From: Xylella taiwanensis
GTDB lineage: Bacteria; Pseudomonadota; Gammaproteobacteria; Xanthomonadales; Xanthomonadaceae
DNA length: 32,000 nucleotides
Direction of reading: 5' to 3'
Assembly: GCF_013177435.1 (NCBI RefSeq)
Contig: NZ_CP053627.1
Coordinates: 2,730,001-2,762,000, forward strand
The position numbers and the translations under genes are program-made. Of this stretch, positions 28,937 through 32,000 are shown in pieces; the stretch's first letter is position 1; the number at the start of each line of letters is the position of its first letter. The notes below the pieces were generated by a model that was not told the DNA's origin, ran no database searches, and worked only from the letters and a program-made list of their open reading frames with translations.

Positions 28937-30742
28937 ATGACAATGTTTTTCCATCCCACACGCTCCCTCATCGCAATCGCCATCACTGCGGCCACCACAC
29001 CGGCTATCGCTCACCCAGACTTTCAACAAACCCTATTTTTCGGCGACAGCCTGACAGACAGCGGCTACTATCGCCCACTGCTACCAAGCAATGTGCAAGC
29101 CATCACCGGCAAATTCACCACCAACCCTGGCTGGGTCTGGGCGGAACACGTAGCCAGCTACTATGACAGCAATGCGTCCCCCAATGGCAACGGCCAAACC
29201 GGCAACAATTACGCCGCTGGCAACGCGCGGGTCAATGCATCCTCGGTCAACGCATTGGGCGAAGCACCACCACTGATCTCTCAAACGAGCACCTATCTCA
29301 GTGCGAATGGAGGCAAGGCTGACCCAAACGCGCTGTACGCCATCTGGGGGGGCGCCAACGATCTGCTCGCCGCATTCGCAACCCCAGACCAGGCACAAGC
29401 CATCATCGGCAGTGCAACCGCCGCAGAAATCAGCTTAGTGAACACCCTGAAGAGCGCCGGCGCACATTACATCGCCGTGCTGTCAATCCCTGATCTTGGT
29501 TTGACCCCACTCGCCCAAACCACCGGGACCGCTGCGCAAAGCACCGCTGCGGCCATCGCCTACAACACAGCCTTATTCACTGGTCTGCAATCGGCAGGAT
29601 TGAACATCATCCCGGTAGACACCTTCCATTTATTACAAGAAATCATCGCTTCACCAGCGACCTACGGCTTTACCAACACCACCGACACGGCCTGCACCCT
29701 AGCACTGCCATTGTGCAACCCCAATACCCTGGTCAACGCGAATGCGCCTAACAACTATGCGTTCGCCGATAGCATCCACCCAACGACCACAGCACACCAT
29801 ATTTTGGGCCAGTACACGATTTCAATCCTGGAAGCGCCACCCCTGCAGCAAGTGCTGACTCACTCGGCCCAAGGGGTGGGTCGTGGGCGCGCCTACCAGG
29901 TGGGTTGGCATCTGGACGGCACACCGCAGCACGATGGCCTGCGCTGGTGGGGCAGTATGCGCGGTGACTCCCAGCGCAATGATCGTAACGACCTATACAA
30001 AAGCGTTGCGCCAGAAGGCCTATTCGGCCTTGACTGGAACAAGGGTCAACTGGTGTCCGGCGGCTTCGTCGGCTACGGACGGATGCATGCCGACTTCAGT
30101 AATGACAACGGCACCTTCAAGCAAAAAGACAAGACCCTCGGCGGCTTTTTCGGTTGGTATACAGGCCCCGTCTGGGTCAATGCCCAGATCAGTTACAGCT
30201 GGTTGAACTACGACGTCAACCGCGAGGTGCAACTCGGTCCAGCCACGCGGGTACATCGAGGTTCCCCCAATGGCAGCAACCTGACCGCCGCACTGAACGC
30301 CAGTTACGAAATGGGCGAGGGTCAGCTGCGCTATGGCTCAGTCGCCGGTCTGATCTGGCAAAAAACCAAATTGGACGGCTACACCGAACAAAATACCAGC
30401 GCCTCCGCACTCGGTTATGCCGATCAGCGCCTCAATTCACTGCTCGGACGCGTTGGTGGGCAGATACGATTCGAAACAGGCGTGGTCAACCCCTATCTAC
30501 AGGTGACCTACGATCACGAATTCAAGAAACAACAAACCGAAGCCAGCGCATGGCTGCAAACCATGCCAGAGACGGGTATGTATTCAGTGCCGGGACTGAA
30601 TTTCAATCGCAACTATGTGAGCATCGTGCTCGGTGCCCGAGCCAACATCAGGAATCTGCAAAGCAACGTTGGCCTCACCACGACCACGCAGAAGAACGCC
30701 CGCGACACTACGTTATTCGTCAACGTCAACGGCAGTTTTTAA
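28937..30742 (+). CDS. GDSL-family lipase/esterase autotransporter (EstA-like)
   Basis: 601-aa ORF with a signal peptide (…TTPAIAHP). SGNH blocks are FFGDSLTDSG (block I), GGANDL (block III) and DSIHPT (block V). The C-terminal roughly 280 aa are beta-barrel-like with alternating hydrophobics and end in a terminal F (…VNVNGSF). Confidence 0.88.
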   Translation: MTMFFHPTRSLIAIAITAATTPAIAHPDFQQTLFFGDSLTDSGYYRPLLPSNVQAITGKFTTNPGWVWAEHVASYYDSNASPNGNGQTGNNYAAGNARVNASSVNALGEAPPLISQTSTYLSANGGKADPNALYAIWGGANDLLAAFATPDQAQAIIGSATAAEISLVNTLKSAGAHYIAVLSIPDLGLTPLAQTTGTAAQSTAAAIAYNTALFTGLQSAGLNIIPVDTFHLLQEIIASPATYGFTNTTDTACTLALPLCNPNTLVNANAPNNYAFADSIHPTTTAHHILGQYTISILEAPPLQQVLTHSAQGVGRGRAYQVGWHLDGTPQHDGLRWWGSMRGDSQRNDRNDLYKSVAPEGLFGLDWNKGQLVSGGFVGYGRMHADFSNDNGTFKQKDKTLGGFFGWYTGPVWVNAQISYSWLNYDVNREVQLGPATRVHRGSPNGSNLTAALNASYEMGEGQLRYGSVAGLIWQKTKLDGYTEQNTSASALGYADQRLNSLLGRVGGQIRFETGVVNPYLQVTYDHEFKKQQTEASAWLQTMPETGMYSVPGLNFNRNYVSIVLGARANIRNLQSNVGLTTTTQKNARDTTLFVNVNGSF

Positions 30743-30780
30743 ACATATCGCCTGCGTATGCCACCATGAAGCACCAGCAA

Positions 30781-30807
30781 GGCAACGACCGGGCTCGCGT
30801 CGTTGCC
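30781..30807 (+). terminator. Hairpin downstream of the esterase gene (possible terminator, no T tract)
   Basis: GGCAACGAC-CGGGCTCGC-GTCGTTGCC forms a perfect 9-bp stem. It begins 39 nt after the stop codon and has no following U run. Confidence 0.35.
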
Positions 30808-30845
30808 TCCACAGCAAAGCAAGCATAGACTCCGGTGCACGCTCA

Positions 30846-30919
30846 GCGGGCGTAGCTCAATGGTAGAGCTGTAGCTTCCCAAGCTACTGACGTGGGTTCG
30901 ATTCCCATCGCCCGCTCCA
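30846..30919 (+). tRNA. tRNA-Gly (anticodon CCC)
   Basis: Folded by hand into a cloverleaf. The acceptor stem is GCGGGCG/CGCCCGC and the D arm is GCTC-AATGGTA-GAGC. The anticodon arm is GTAGC-TTCCCAA-GCTAC and the T arm is GTGGG-TTCGATT-CCCAT. Discriminator T and an encoded CCA follow, for 74 nt in total. Confidence 0.93.
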
Positions 30920-31096
30920 ATAAAATCAATCATTTGCAACACTCGACCCCCTCCGTAATACGTACGGTGCTCCACAATTCACCGGGTGAGTACTGCATTG
31001 TCTTTGTTTCGATTCAATCACGCCTAGCGCAATCCACTGACCACCGGATTAAAACGGTACAAAAAGTGGTCACCGCCTGCACAGCCACACAGGCGC

Positions 31097-31525
31097 TCAG
31101 TCCAGCATCACCACCGCACGGCCTTCGGCAAGCAGCTGGCCAACATGGAAGATACGGAATGTGTACTGTTGGCTGTCCTCGCCTTGCAGCAGCACTGCGG
31201 CCTCCCCATGCAGCGCCTGTGGTAAATCGTCGAACCGATCTACATACAGCGTCACCGCACGCAATGCGACCAGCATGCCCTGTCGCACGGGGCGGCCTAT
31301 CTCGCGCCCCAGCAAGCCGCCATGCACCGCCATTGCTTGCGCACCGTACTCACACAGATGCACTGCGTGCAAACGCCCGGCGTCACGTAGTGGGTGGACC
31401 AGATCACGGTGCATATCACTGCACAGCACAATGCGCGTCGTGTCCCAATCCACTACCTGTTCCCAAAAACACATGCTGCCTTGGTGAGGCAGCAGCTCAG
31501 CGATAGATTCAAATCCTTGCAACAT
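31097..31525 (-). CDS. Hotdog-fold 3-hydroxyacyl-ACP dehydratase-like protein (aryl-polyene/xanthomonadin-cluster type)
   Basis: The ORF 31097..31564 was trimmed to the ATG at 31525, which is preceded by GGAAGGAAG. The N-terminus MLQGFESIAELLPHQGSMCFWEQVV resembles the LLPHRxPM start of APE-cluster dehydratases. The family call is from memory. Confidence 0.55.
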   Translation of the reverse strand: MLQGFESIAELLPHQGSMCFWEQVVDWDTTRIVLCSDMHRDLVHPLRDAGRLHAVHLCEYGAQAMAVHGGLLGREIGRPVRQGMLVALRAVTLYVDRFDDLPQALHGEAAVLLQGEDSQQYTFRIFHVGQLLAEGRAVVMLD

Positions 31526-32000
31526 CCGCTTCCTTCCCAGAGATCCGGTCCAACACCGGAGCACGCGAGATCAACAACGCGAGAATGAAGTTAAACAAAA
31601 CACCCAGTGCCACCGTACTCCCAATCGCACTCAGCACCGGGATGCTCGATACGGCCAGCAGCGCGAACACTAACAGCGTCATCACACTGCACACCAACAG
31701 CGCATGCAGCGTACGCAATTGGTCGGCACGATGGTGACCGGCATGTTCGAAGAACAACGCATAGTCCAGGCCCAACCCAGCCGCGAGAATCAGCGCAATC
31801 AGGTGAAACAGATTCAGTTCTACCCCGCAGAGGCGTTGCAATGCCACGATCAGCAACGTCGTCATCGCCATTGGCAATAGCACACGCACGATCCGTCGCC
31901 ACTGACGCAATGCCAAGGCAACGGTACCAGCCAATAGAAACGCAGCAACACCCAACGCGGCCAGCACACGACCACGGTAAGCCACAACAAGGGACTCAGA
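31509..32000 (-). CDS. MMPL/RND-like membrane exporter, C-terminal part (the gene starts beyond the right edge)
   Basis: The frame is open to position 32000 (SESLV precedes the track's GTG). The product is strongly hydrophobic with several TM helices (…LIALILAAGLGLDYALFF…), typical of the C-terminal half of MMPL-type exporters. Confidence 0.55.
   Translation of the reverse strand, partial: SESLVVAYRGRVLAALGVAAFLLAGTVALALRQWRRIVRVLLPMAMTTLLIVALQRLCGVELNLFHLIALILAAGLGLDYALFFEHAGHHRADQLRTLHALLVCSVMTLLVFALLAVSSIPVLSAIGSTVALGVLFNFILALLISRAPVLDRISGKEADVARI

Noticed and set aside
31004-31036. Possible att-like duplicate of the tRNA-Gly 3' end (GTTTCGATTCAATCACGCC... versus GGTTCGATTCCCATCGCC...)
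   Set aside because: Only the 8-mer TTCGATTC matches exactly, which is expected by chance about once in this window. There is no integrase or other mobile gene nearby.
1-32000. CRISPR arrays, IS elements or transposases, integrases, prophage genes, toxin-antitoxin or other defence modules
   Set aside because: I found no spaced direct-repeat arrays. No ORF has transposase, integrase, nuclease or defence-like motifs. All large ORFs are accounted for by housekeeping families.

Overview
This window is mostly a conserved, core gamma-proteobacterial region. The protein N-termini and gene order look Xanthomonadales/Xylella-like, but that is an inference made without any database search. About 28 kb is transcribed on the minus strand.

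Gene content, from left to right in window coordinates:
- The 5' part of a secreted GH5-like (cellulase-like) gene.
- secA, an M23 (LytM) peptidase gene, and a divergent DUF721/DciA-like gene.
- A complete division and cell wall (dcw) cluster. Its transcription order is mraZ-rsmH-ftsL-ftsI-murE-murF-mraY-ftsW-murG-murC-ddl-ftsQ-ftsA-ftsZ-lpxC, and it has no murD.
- A roughly 2 kb AT-rich, ORF-poor gap upstream of mraZ.
- A thiS-thiG-trmB-permease operon.
- A divergent GDSL autotransporter esterase gene.
- tRNA-Gly(CCC).
- The edge of an aryl-polyene/xanthomonadin-type lipid cluster (a hotdog dehydratase and an MMPL-type exporter).

I see no CRISPR array, IS element, integrase, or recognisable defence or toxin system. 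I cannot support a claim that the window holds a novel multi-gene system.

The least explained DNA is the 23.1-25.1 kb gap and the 0.58-1.42 kb spacer. The gap contains:
- a phased array of five 10-bp GG-core repeats (candidate MraZ operator);
- an orphan terminator-like hairpin;
- a C9 tract;
- a perfect 13-bp tandem duplication;
- an 18-bp perfect palindrome;
- start-less, protein-like open frames.

Several ORF-track ORFs are over-extended at the 5' end. I trimmed them to conserved N-termini.
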